Positions 33,582-41,327 of a stretch of DNA of 41,327 nucleotides are shown here, piece after piece. Each line of letters begins with the position of its first letter. The stretch's first letter is position 1. A model generated the notes under the pieces. It ran no database searches and was not told the origin of the DNA. It saw only the letters and a list, made by a program, of their open reading frames with translations. The stretch comes from a virus (taxonomy: Duplodnaviria > Caudoviricetes). The position numbers and the translations under genes were made by a program. The stretch lies in IMG/VR virus record IMGVR_UViG_3300020385_000023, positions 1 through 41,327 of that record; one strand, 5' to 3'.

Positions 33582-35631
33582 TTACGCAAAGCCTGAACGA
33601 GTTCGCCGCGATGTGGCCAACTTGATCAAGCCGCCTAACCGTGAGCCGGTATCACAAAGCGCCCGCCGTTTATTGCATGTTGAGCAAGGCGGTTCAATGG
33701 TGCCTTGGAATGGCGATCTCGTGCCTTATATCCATGAGCCAATGAATTGCTTAAAGTCGCGCCAATATCGCGCGGTGGTGTTTGTCGGTCCTGCTCGTAC
33801 ATCAAAAACCGTTAGCCTGGTTGATGGTTGGGTGTGTGACACCATTGTGAATAACCCGTCGGATTTTCTGTTAGTCCAAATAACTCAAGAGAAAGCCGCC
33901 GAGTATTCAAAAAAACGCTTGTCGCGTGAGTTTAACGCCAGTCCTGATATTCAAGCGGCGATGTCGCCAAGGGCCCACGATAACAACGTACACGACAAAG
34001 TATTTCGCGCCGGTAACTTTTTAAAGATCGGCTGGCCATCAAAGAACGTGTTCGCCTCGTCGGACTGGAAGTTCGTTGCATTAACCGACTATGACCGAAT
34101 GCCGCTCGATGTTGATGGCGAAGGTTCGGCGTTCTTGTTGGCGTCAAAGCGTAATCAAACATTCATGTCGTCAGGGATGACACTGGCCGAAGGCTCGCCC
34201 GGGTTCCATATTACGGACCCGAATGTTCGTGTCTCATCCCCACATGAAGCGCCGCCCACCAAGGGCATTTTATCGATCTACAACCAAGGCGATCGCCGGT
34301 TGTTTCATTGGCAATGTATCGAGTGTGGCGAATGGTTTGAACCTGATTTTCCATTGTTGCACTGGGACACAAACGAAGTGGACCCAGCCAAAGCAGCAAA
34401 AGAAGTGTATATGTGCTGTCCGCATTGTGGCGGTTTGATGTCAGAGTCAAAACCGCACCAAGGACAGGCGCTTAAATTTGCCTTGAATCATTCCGGGATC
34501 TGGTTGCCCGAAGGCTGCCAGATAGACCAAAACGGTCACGTTACTGGAGAGGCGCGAGAATCCCATATCGCCAGTTTTTGGCAAAAGGGCCCGACCGCCG
34601 CCTTTCAGACCTGGAATGAATTGGTTTACAAGTACCTTGCAGCCTTGGCGCAGTATGAAGCCACGGGCAACTTAGAAGATTTGCAAACCACGGTAAACAC
34701 CGACCAAGGCAAACCGTTTACGCCGCCGCGTAAAGGGGACCGAGGCGCTAACGAACTGATGCAACGCCGCCGCGATCTTGGGGTGCGAGTTGTGCCAGAG
34801 TGGGCGAGGTTCCTTACCGCTGCCGTTGACGTTCAAGCCGGTGCAAAAACCGCCCGATTTGATGTCATGGTGCTGGCCTGGGGTCCAGAACTGGAACACC
34901 AGGTGATTGACCGCTTTAAGATTGAAAGGTCAAAGCGTGTTGATCCGGATAACCCGGATAAGTTTGTCCGGGTGAATCCGGCGGCTTACCTGGAAGATTG
35001 GGATTTACTCATCGACCGGGTGATCAATAAATCGTATGAGCTGGAAAGCGACAGCGGTCGTCGAATGCCTATCCACTTAACCGCGTGTGACTCCGGTGGT
35101 GAAGATGGCGTGACGGATAACGCTTACGAGTTTTATCGCAAGATAAAGCAAGAGGGGTTAGCCCGCCGCTTTATGTTGGTAAAAGGTCAGGGGCGCGGTC
35201 CGGTGATTGTCGAAACTTATCCAGACAACACCAAACGTAAAGACCGAAAAGCCCGCGCTTATGGTGATGTGCCGGTTTACCAGCTCAATCCAGACAGAAT
35301 AAAAGACACGGTTCAATCTGCATTTGACCGCCCTGAACCTGGGCGTCGTTATGTGCATTTGCCGATGTGGTTGCCGGATACCTTCTTCGATGAATTGCTC
35401 GCCGAAGAACGTGGCCATGATGGCAAGTGGAAGAAGATTTCCAAACGAAACGAAACGCTCGATTTATTCGTTTACAACTGGTCATGTATTTACAAACTCA
35501 AGGCGGACCGCATTGACTGGGAGAATCCGCCTTACTTCGCAGTGCCTATCGATGAAAGTACGGCATTAGTTACCCAAGACGGCGAGTCCGTGGCGCTGCC
35601 AAAGCGTCGCCGCCGAGCTTCAAGTTTATGA
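33571..35631 (+). CDS. Terminase large subunit (lambda gpA family)
   Basis: GPARTSKT Walker A, LTDYDR, CxxC...CPHC, AAVDVQ and RNETLDL motifs. Confidence 0.96.
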   Translation: MQVNYAKPERVRRDVANLIKPPNREPVSQSARRLLHVEQGGSMVPWNGDLVPYIHEPMNCLKSRQYRAVVFVGPARTSKTVSLVDGWVCDTIVNNPSDFLLVQITQEKAAEYSKKRLSREFNASPDIQAAMSPRAHDNNVHDKVFRAGNFLKIGWPSKNVFASSDWKFVALTDYDRMPLDVDGEGSAFLLASKRNQTFMSSGMTLAEGSPGFHITDPNVRVSSPHEAPPTKGILSIYNQGDRRLFHWQCIECGEWFEPDFPLLHWDTNEVDPAKAAKEVYMCCPHCGGLMSESKPHQGQALKFALNHSGIWLPEGCQIDQNGHVTGEARESHIASFWQKGPTAAFQTWNELVYKYLAALAQYEATGNLEDLQTTVNTDQGKPFTPPRKGDRGANELMQRRRDLGVRVVPEWARFLTAAVDVQAGAKTARFDVMVLAWGPELEHQVIDRFKIERSKRVDPDNPDKFVRVNPAAYLEDWDLLIDRVINKSYELESDSGRRMPIHLTACDSGGEDGVTDNAYEFYRKIKQEGLARRFMLVKGQGRGPVIVETYPDNTKRKDRKARAYGDVPVYQLNPDRIKDTVQSAFDRPEPGRRYVHLPMWLPDTFFDELLAEERGHDGKWKKISKRNETLDLFVYNWSCIYKLKADRIDWENPPYFAVPIDESTALVTQDGESVALPKRRRRASSL

Positions 35632-35640
35632 TGGTGGTTT

Positions 35641-35856
35641 ATGGCCTTTACTACAGATGATCTCGACGCGTTAGACGAAGCCATTGCCAGCGGAGAACTA
35701 ACCGTCAAGATTGACGGTCGAGAGATTACTTATCGCAGCATGAACGATTTGTTAAAAGCAAAGCGTCATATCATGCGCTCAATCGCACGACAAAACGGCG
35801 TCAAAAGTCGTGCTTTTGCGGGTCATACCGCTCACGTTGATCGGGGGATCCGCTAA
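35641..35856 (+). CDS. Head-tail joining protein gpW-like
   Basis: L.AL..AIASG..TV..DGR.ITYRS..L motif. Confidence 0.88.
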   Translation: MAFTTDDLDALDEAIASGELTVKIDGREITYRSMNDLLKAKRHIMRSIARQNGVKSRAFAGHTAHVDRGIR

Positions 35857-37343
35857 TGGGGCTAATCGTGGGACTCGATGGCAAGCCATTAGCCGAACAA
35901 ACGTATGAGGGCGCAACCCGCTCACCGCGTGGAATGGGCTGGCCAGCGCCATCCATTGGACCGAATCGCGCGTTAGCGTCGGCCGGAAAACCATTAAGAA
36001 ACCGAACCCGTCACGCTTACCGCAATAGCTTGTTGATGCGTTCGGGGATAAACAAAAACACCACCAATGAGATCGGCAAGGGCTTTACGCTAATGAGCAC
36101 TTGCGAGGATGATGATTTTCGCAAGAAAACAAACAAATTGTGGCGTGTGATCTCGATGCAGCTCGATCCTTGGGGTGACTTAAATTTCGGTGGATTATGT
36201 CATCTTGCCGCCCTTTCGCGTCGTATGTCGGGGGAAGTATTTATCCGCCGTTTAAATCGTCGCCTTGATTCTGGTTTGGTGGCGCCGATCCAAGTGGAAT
36301 TATTGGAAGCGGACATGTGCCCGCAAGAGTTGAACCGACGCATAAGCCCAACCCGCCGAATCATTCAAGGGGTTGAGTTTAACGGTAAGGTCAAAGTGGC
36401 GTATTGGTTCTATAAGGCCCATCCAGACGATGGCATTGAATCAGTCGGCTTGCATGACTGCGTTCGTGTGCCGGCGCGTGATGTGATTCATCACTACAAA
36501 CCAACTCGCCCGGGTCAAGTTCGTGCTGAGCCTGAAACGGCAGCGGCGCTATTGAAAGATAGAACGTTCCACGAATACAACGATAACGAGTTAGTTCGTA
36601 AGCGTTCCCGTGCTGGCTTCACTGGGGTTCTTTATCGTGAATCTTTTGGTGAGGACGATTGGGAGTTCGACCCGCAAACAGGTAAACCCAAGTATGCGGA
36701 TACAGAGGGCGCCGAATCGAGTGAAACCATTCAAGCCGGAACTTGGCTTCGAATGTTGCCAGGTGAGAAAGCGCAGCCCTTTGAAGGGGATAACGCGGGC
36801 CAAGGTTACGCGGATTTTGTTCGTTGGGAATCGCTGCTTTACTCGGCGGGGATGGATATTCCTTACCCATTGTTAACGGGAGACTGGGCGGGCTTGAATG
36901 ACCGCTTAGTTCGCGCGTTCTTGAACGAGTATCGTCGTTCAATCAGTTTTGATCAGGAAAACTTATCCGGTTTTCAAGTGGCCTTTGGGATCTGGCGCTG
37001 GGTGATTGAAACATTAATCACCACAGGGCTTTTGTCGGCGTCCGGCTTTGCTTCGGACCCTTGGAAATACTTTGCGGTGGATGTTCGTCCGGATGCCTGG
37101 AAGCACTTACACCCAGAGCAAGACATTAACGCCCGTAACAAGGCGGTCGCGTCTCATATTTCCAACGGTGAACGAGAGGCAGCAGAATACGGAACCGACA
37201 TTGAAAAGAACATGCAAGTTAACGCCAGATTGCTCAAGAAATGGCAAGAGGCTTGTGAAAAAGAAGGTATTGAACCGCCCGCCAAATTAGGCGGGCTTTT
37301 TAGTGCCTCAGAAACGACCGGAGGCGGTGAAGATGAAACATAA
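35856..37343 (+). CDS. Portal protein (lambda family)
   Basis: LRNR.R...RN, GEVF, GVEF, RPGQVR and LLTGD motifs. Confidence 0.94.
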   Translation: MGLIVGLDGKPLAEQTYEGATRSPRGMGWPAPSIGPNRALASAGKPLRNRTRHAYRNSLLMRSGINKNTTNEIGKGFTLMSTCEDDDFRKKTNKLWRVISMQLDPWGDLNFGGLCHLAALSRRMSGEVFIRRLNRRLDSGLVAPIQVELLEADMCPQELNRRISPTRRIIQGVEFNGKVKVAYWFYKAHPDDGIESVGLHDCVRVPARDVIHHYKPTRPGQVRAEPETAAALLKDRTFHEYNDNELVRKRSRAGFTGVLYRESFGEDDWEFDPQTGKPKYADTEGAESSETIQAGTWLRMLPGEKAQPFEGDNAGQGYADFVRWESLLYSAGMDIPYPLLTGDWAGLNDRLVRAFLNEYRRSISFDQENLSGFQVAFGIWRWVIETLITTGLLSASGFASDPWKYFAVDVRPDAWKHLHPEQDINARNKAVASHISNGEREAAEYGTDIEKNMQVNARLLKKWQEACEKEGIEPPAKLGGLFSASETTGGGEDET

Positions 37344-38679
37344 GTTCGCCCTGAACTATTTGATGTCGCAACCTTGGGCGCTGGATCAGCAGCTTTTATC
37401 GCTGATGAGTGACATTGCCAATCGAGAGGTGGATAGCCTCTCATTGGATGACTTTGTCCCCGAATCCTTAGCGACCAAATCAGGCAAGCGCCTCACGCGT
37501 GGAATGGAAAAACGCGAAGGGGGTGTCGCTCTGATCAGCGTGAGCGGAGTGATCAGCCGTTACGCGAATTTGTTTACCAATATTTGCGGCGGAACAACCA
37601 CCCAACTATTGGCGCAAGATTTTACTCAGGCTCTGAACGACCCAGCCATTAAAGCCATTGTGGTCAATTGTGATTCCCCTGGCGGTGAAGCTAACGGCAT
37701 TCACGAACTGGCAGAAATGATTTATCAAGCCCGCGGTAAAAAACGAATTGTCGCGTATGTCGGTGGCATGGCTTGTTCCGCTTGTTACTGGATCGCGAGT
37801 GCGTGTGAAGAAGTGGTCATCGATGCCACGGCCAGCGCGGGTTCAATTGGCACGGTGTTACAAATGCGCCGTCGCAAGGAAAAAGCCGAAGACGAATTCG
37901 AAACCATCGAAATCGTATCGAGCCAATCGCCTAACAAGCGACAGGACCCGGCCACAGAAACAGGTCGAGCGGCGTATCAAAAGCACTTGGACGATCTCGC
38001 CGAAGTGTTTGTCCAACGTGTCGCCCGCAATATGAGCGTCGATCGTGACACGGTCATTAACGATTTTGGCGGAGGCGGGATCCTAGTGGGTCAAGCTGCC
38101 GTTGATAAAGGTATGGCTCACCGTCTCGGGAGTCTAGAGGGCGTTATCGCCGAACTCAAAACAGGAAAGAAAAAAGACATGCCAAATCCAAATCAAACGA
38201 ATACCGGCGCCGATGAAGGTGAAAACAACATCACGTTGACTTTGCCAGGTTCGGAAGCGATGAGCACGGCTGATCTGATTACTGCCATTACAGAGCAGCG
38301 CCCTGATGCGATTGCAGCGATTAAAGGGCCTGAACCTGAAATGGCGGTCGCTCATGCCGCGGTACTTGTGGCCGCTTGTTCCGCCGCGGGTGTTCCTGCT
38401 TTCTCTGCATCCTTGTTAAAAGAGGGCGTCACAAAAGCGGAAGCGGAAAACAGAATTGAAATGGCTTCGGGGCTGAAAGATACCCTCGCTGCCGCGGGCT
38501 TATCGGGTAGCTTTGACGCGCTTGTCGGCTGTATCGATGATCCGGTGAAGATGGTCGGAAAGGCTATCCATGAAGCGAAAGCTGAAACCGATGAGAGCGG
38601 CGACCAAACTCGCCATGTGACGGACGATGAAAAGAAAACCACATCCCTGAACGCAAAAGAAATCTACGCCAAGCGATAA
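37333..38679 (+). CDS. S49 prohead protease with C-terminal scaffold (lambda C/Nu3-like)
   Basis: DSPGG, ACSACYWIAS and GSIG motifs; in-frame internal ATG at 38179. Confidence 0.92.
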   Translation: MKHKFALNYLMSQPWALDQQLLSLMSDIANREVDSLSLDDFVPESLATKSGKRLTRGMEKREGGVALISVSGVISRYANLFTNICGGTTTQLLAQDFTQALNDPAIKAIVVNCDSPGGEANGIHELAEMIYQARGKKRIVAYVGGMACSACYWIASACEEVVIDATASAGSIGTVLQMRRRKEKAEDEFETIEIVSSQSPNKRQDPATETGRAAYQKHLDDLAEVFVQRVARNMSVDRDTVINDFGGGGILVGQAAVDKGMAHRLGSLEGVIAELKTGKKKDMPNPNQTNTGADEGENNITLTLPGSEAMSTADLITAITEQRPDAIAAIKGPEPEMAVAHAAVLVAACSAAGVPAFSASLLKEGVTKAEAENRIEMASGLKDTLAAAGLSGSFDALVGCIDDPVKMVGKAIHEAKAETDESGDQTRHVTDDEKKTTSLNAKEIYAKR

Positions 38680-38719
38680 ATAAGCGGCGTTTACTTCCCT
38701 TTCACTATGAGGACAAACC

Positions 38720-39076
38720 ATGACAGTTACACATATGCGCGCTCGTATCGGCGCACACGTAGCCGGTGAGCTAGACCATGTATCCCGCGACGGTATTGTC
38801 GTTGTGGGCGGACCGTATGTTTCAGGCACCGTGCTCGGTGAAAAAGACGACGGCAGTTTTACCCAACTAGATATTGCTGTAGACGCCGCAGAAGCCAATG
38901 CCGCCGCAGTTGTGCTTTATGGCCACATCGACAGTTCGGAACCGACTCCGGCGGTCGCTCATGCTCGTGTGTGTGCCCTGTATGACAGCAAAATGACTTG
39001 GCCAGATGGCATTACGACGGTGCAAAAAGAAGCGGCCGTCACCGCATTGGCCGAAAAACAGATTGTCCTGCGCTAA
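38720..39076 (+). CDS. Head decoration protein (gpD-like)
   Basis: SRD, GTVLG, A.VLY and WP.G...A..AL...I..R motifs. Confidence 0.88.
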   Translation: MTVTHMRARIGAHVAGELDHVSRDGIVVVGGPYVSGTVLGEKDDGSFTQLDIAVDAAEANAAAVVLYGHIDSSEPTPAVAHARVCALYDSKMTWPDGITTVQKEAAVTALAEKQIVLR

Positions 39077-39117
39077 GCGCTGGATTTTTCCTTCCAACTT
39101 TTTAAAGAGAGATCAAC

Positions 39118-40134
39118 ATGGAAATGCAACAAGCGCTTGAGTCGGGCAAGTTTTCGATTACCGAACTGACCGCGGCCATTAATAATATGGATGTTCCACG
39201 TTTGCGCCTAGCAGAACTAAAGCTGTTTGAAGAAAAAGGCATTCGCACCACTACGATTGACATCGAATATAAAGACGGTCAAATCCAATTAGTTGAAGAT
39301 GTAGAGCGTGGCGAAGATGGCAAACCATTAGATGACCCAAATCGTAAGATTGTGTCATTCAAAGCGGTGCACCTTCCGGTTCCGTCGAGTGTTAGTGCTG
39401 ATGATGTGCTAAATACTCGTGCCTTTGGTACATCCGATGAACTGGAAGAACTTCAAGCGGTAATTGATGAAAAGCTCGATATTGGGCGTCAGAGCTTGGA
39501 TGCCACAATTGAATATTTCCGTTTCGGTGCAATTTTCGGAAAGGTCCTGAGTAAAAACGGATCTGTAATTGTTGATTTGTTTAAAGCGTTTGAGATCAGT
39601 GAAGCGAACGGCGAAAACACCGTCGACTTTAATAATCCTCTTGCGACACAGTTGCTACAGGTTAAGCGAGATTCGGAAAAGCAACAAAAAGGCATCAAAG
39701 CTAAAAAGTACCGTGCCTTTTGTCGTCCGGCGTTCTTTGACCAATTGCTGGAAAACGAAAGCTTTACCAAAGCGTTTGAGCGTCAGAATGATGGTGCAGC
39801 ACTACGAGACGATATTCGCCCTGGTGTTTATTGGCAGGGTATTTACTGGGAAGAATACGACGAACAGCTTGGCAAAGAAGATCCAATGCCGGTTAAGTAT
39901 GGCGCGGTTGTGGTTCCAGAAGGAAAACCTGGCTTGTTCCTTACCCGATTTGCTCCGGCAAACTATAACGAAACCGCGGGCACAAAAGGTCTGCCGTATT
40001 ACGTAGCGTCGGAACCGAAGAAATTCAATAAAGGTGTGGACATGGAAAGCCAGTCCAACCCTGCGAATATCTGTACTAGCCCGCTGGCTGTGCGTCGTAT
40101 TAAGTTCACGCCAAAAACTGAACCAGCCGCTTAA
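39118..40134 (+). CDS. Major capsid protein (lambda gpE family)
   Basis: LTAAIN, TIEY.R.GA..G, FAPAN...T.GLPYY and QSNP motifs. Confidence 0.94.
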   Translation: MEMQQALESGKFSITELTAAINNMDVPRLRLAELKLFEEKGIRTTTIDIEYKDGQIQLVEDVERGEDGKPLDDPNRKIVSFKAVHLPVPSSVSADDVLNTRAFGTSDELEELQAVIDEKLDIGRQSLDATIEYFRFGAIFGKVLSKNGSVIVDLFKAFEISEANGENTVDFNNPLATQLLQVKRDSEKQQKGIKAKKYRAFCRPAFFDQLLENESFTKAFERQNDGAALRDDIRPGVYWQGIYWEEYDEQLGKEDPMPVKYGAVVVPEGKPGLFLTRFAPANYNETAGTKGLPYYVASEPKKFNKGVDMESQSNPANICTSPLAVRRIKFTPKTEPAA

Positions 40135-40526
40135 TGCGTGAGCGTGACCCCTTTAAACGTGCCAGTCGTCGAATCATTCGGCGTCTGGGGCGTTCCCACG
40201 AAGTGAAAATCAGGCCGCCAGAGGGGGAATGGAAGCCAGTGGACGCCGTGTTCAGTAATCCATTGTTGGATGTTGAAATCAAAGGCGGAGGCAAAAGCGG
40301 CCAAGATCTTTTAATGCAACAGCCGCATATTGTGGTTGAAACGCTGCATGTGGAAGGTTGCGCAGAAAGCCCGACAGATTGGTCCGTTTTGGTCGATGGT
40401 CGAGAGTATTTCGTCACGGTCAGTTATCCCAAAGATGACGCCGTGAGTTACTGCTTTTTGAGTGACCAACCGGATCATGCAAAGCAAAGCCCGGAGGGTG
40501 ATGGGAATGGCCGAACCTGGTGTTAA
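40134..40526 (+). CDS. Head-tail joining protein (gpFII-like)
   Basis: Position after the major capsid gene; beta-rich; VDGREYFV. Confidence 0.65.
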   Translation: MRERDPFKRASRRIIRRLGRSHEVKIRPPEGEWKPVDAVFSNPLLDVEIKGGGKSGQDLLMQQPHIVVETLHVEGCAESPTDWSVLVDGREYFVTVSYPKDDAVSYCFLSDQPDHAKQSPEGDGNGRTWC

Positions 40527-41121
40527 CATCAATCTTAACTTTGCTAAAGAACTGCAGCTTGTCAGTGCAATGGTTGAGGCTACGCCAAAGCAGCTTGAAA
40601 AAGCGGGCGCACGGGCCATCAAAAAAACCATGCGCTGGGTGCATACCAGACTTGCGCGAGAGCTTTCGCAGCAACTGGGGATACCTCAAAAGAACTTAAA
40701 ACCTCGTTTCTCATTGAAGACCGTCGGCAAGGGCGCCGATGCAGTCACCATCTTATGGATGGGGACCGCAAACATTCTTGCGGAAAAAGCGGGCAAAGCG
40801 AGACAAACCCGCGCCGGTGTATCGTTAGGTAAACGGCGATACCAAGGCGCTTTTATTCGAGACATGTACGGTTATGACGATGCTGTCTGGATCCGTGCAA
40901 GTCGTAACAATGGCCAGTATGCAACGACAGGCCGCAAACGTAAGCCGAACAGTAATTCCATTTCGCCCGAACTTCGTGGTCGCTTTCCGGTGCAACACGT
41001 CGCCGTTGAAGTGAACGATCTCGCCGCGGAAGTGTTTCGGCGTTTTGAAAGCCGCATTCCTGATCAGTTTCGCAAGATCTTAGGTCAAGAAATTAACTAT
41101 GTGATGAACCATGAACCATGA
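40507..41121 (+). CDS. Minor tail protein Z-like
   Basis: Basic protein; RAIKKT, GV..GKR.Y.GAFI and GRFPV motifs; GGAGG Shine-Dalgarno (start 40501 or 40507). Confidence 0.8.
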   Translation: MAEPGVNINLNFAKELQLVSAMVEATPKQLEKAGARAIKKTMRWVHTRLARELSQQLGIPQKNLKPRFSLKTVGKGADAVTILWMGTANILAEKAGKARQTRAGVSLGKRRYQGAFIRDMYGYDDAVWIRASRNNGQYATTGRKRKPNSNSISPELRGRFPVQHVAVEVNDLAAEVFRRFESRIPDQFRKILGQEINYVMNHEP

Positions 41122-41327
41122 ACGAAGCAACTAGCAACGTATTAAAAGACTTTACCGAGCTACACGACAACATGGTCGCCGAGCTTAAAAAACGTCTGCC
41201 GCAACTCGATACGGTCGCACTCTATGACCCGACCGAAATTACTCACGGCGAAAAGTTTAAAATCGATACGCCCGCCATCTTGATTGAAATGGTCGAGGCT
41301 AAGCCAGGGGATGCGATCACCGGAGGG
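41118..41327 (+). CDS. 5' part of the tail completion protein continuing across the circular junction to 500
   Basis: ATGA-coupled to the Z-like gene; open frame to the window end. Confidence 0.8.
   Translation, partial: MNEATSNVLKDFTELHDNMVAELKKRLPQLDTVALYDPTEITHGEKFKIDTPAILIEMVEAKPGDAITGG
41251..41327. repeat. 77-bp terminal direct repeat (copy 2)
   Basis: Identical to 1-77. Confidence 0.95.

Noticed and set aside
7480-41057. Numerous antisense or alternate-frame ORFs inside structural genes, dnaB and repA
   Set aside because: Shadow ORFs of well-supported genes, with no Shine-Dalgarno or motifs
41251-41327. 77-bp terminal repeat as a biological terminus or att site
   Set aside because: The length equals a common assembler k-mer and it falls mid-gene, so it only shows circularity
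1-41327. Protelomerase / tel palindrome as in VP882 or N15
   Set aside because: No TelN-like ORF or long perfect palindrome is seen; the only tyrosine recombinase has an integrase layout

Overview
The window is a complete circular ~41,250-bp temperate phage-plasmid, most likely from a Vibrionaceae host (inferred from the DnaB sequence, a Vibrio-like dif site and a gammaproteobacterial LexA box). Bases 1-77 repeat at 41251-41327, and one tail gene reads through that junction. It has a lambda-like head/packaging module (33078-41121), a P2-like contractile tail (41118-11390), a lysis cassette, a cI/cro switch and a Q-like antiterminator. No protelomerase is visible. Instead it carries plasmid functions: an IncFII/IncI-type RepA with an unannotated CopA-like antisense RNA, ParA plus a small RHH partner, an XerCD dif-like site, its own DnaB and a KorC-like regulon on duplicated promoters. 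Four signals stand out. (1) The CI repressor has lost its autocleavage residues, and a near-consensus LexA box drives an orphan small ORF, a candidate SOS-controlled antirepressor; a C4 antisense/Rha locus and an XRE-smORF module are possible further inputs. (2) Tandem TAA(A/C)GAA(T/A) octamer arrays occur at six loci, suggesting a dispersed centromere/operator network. (3) An unannotated 55-aa stand-alone copy of the TerS DNA-binding domain lies next to a possible packaging site, 3.5 kb from the terminase genes. (4) An antisense-controlled replicon is present in a tailed phage. All functional calls come from reading motifs by eye; no searches were run.
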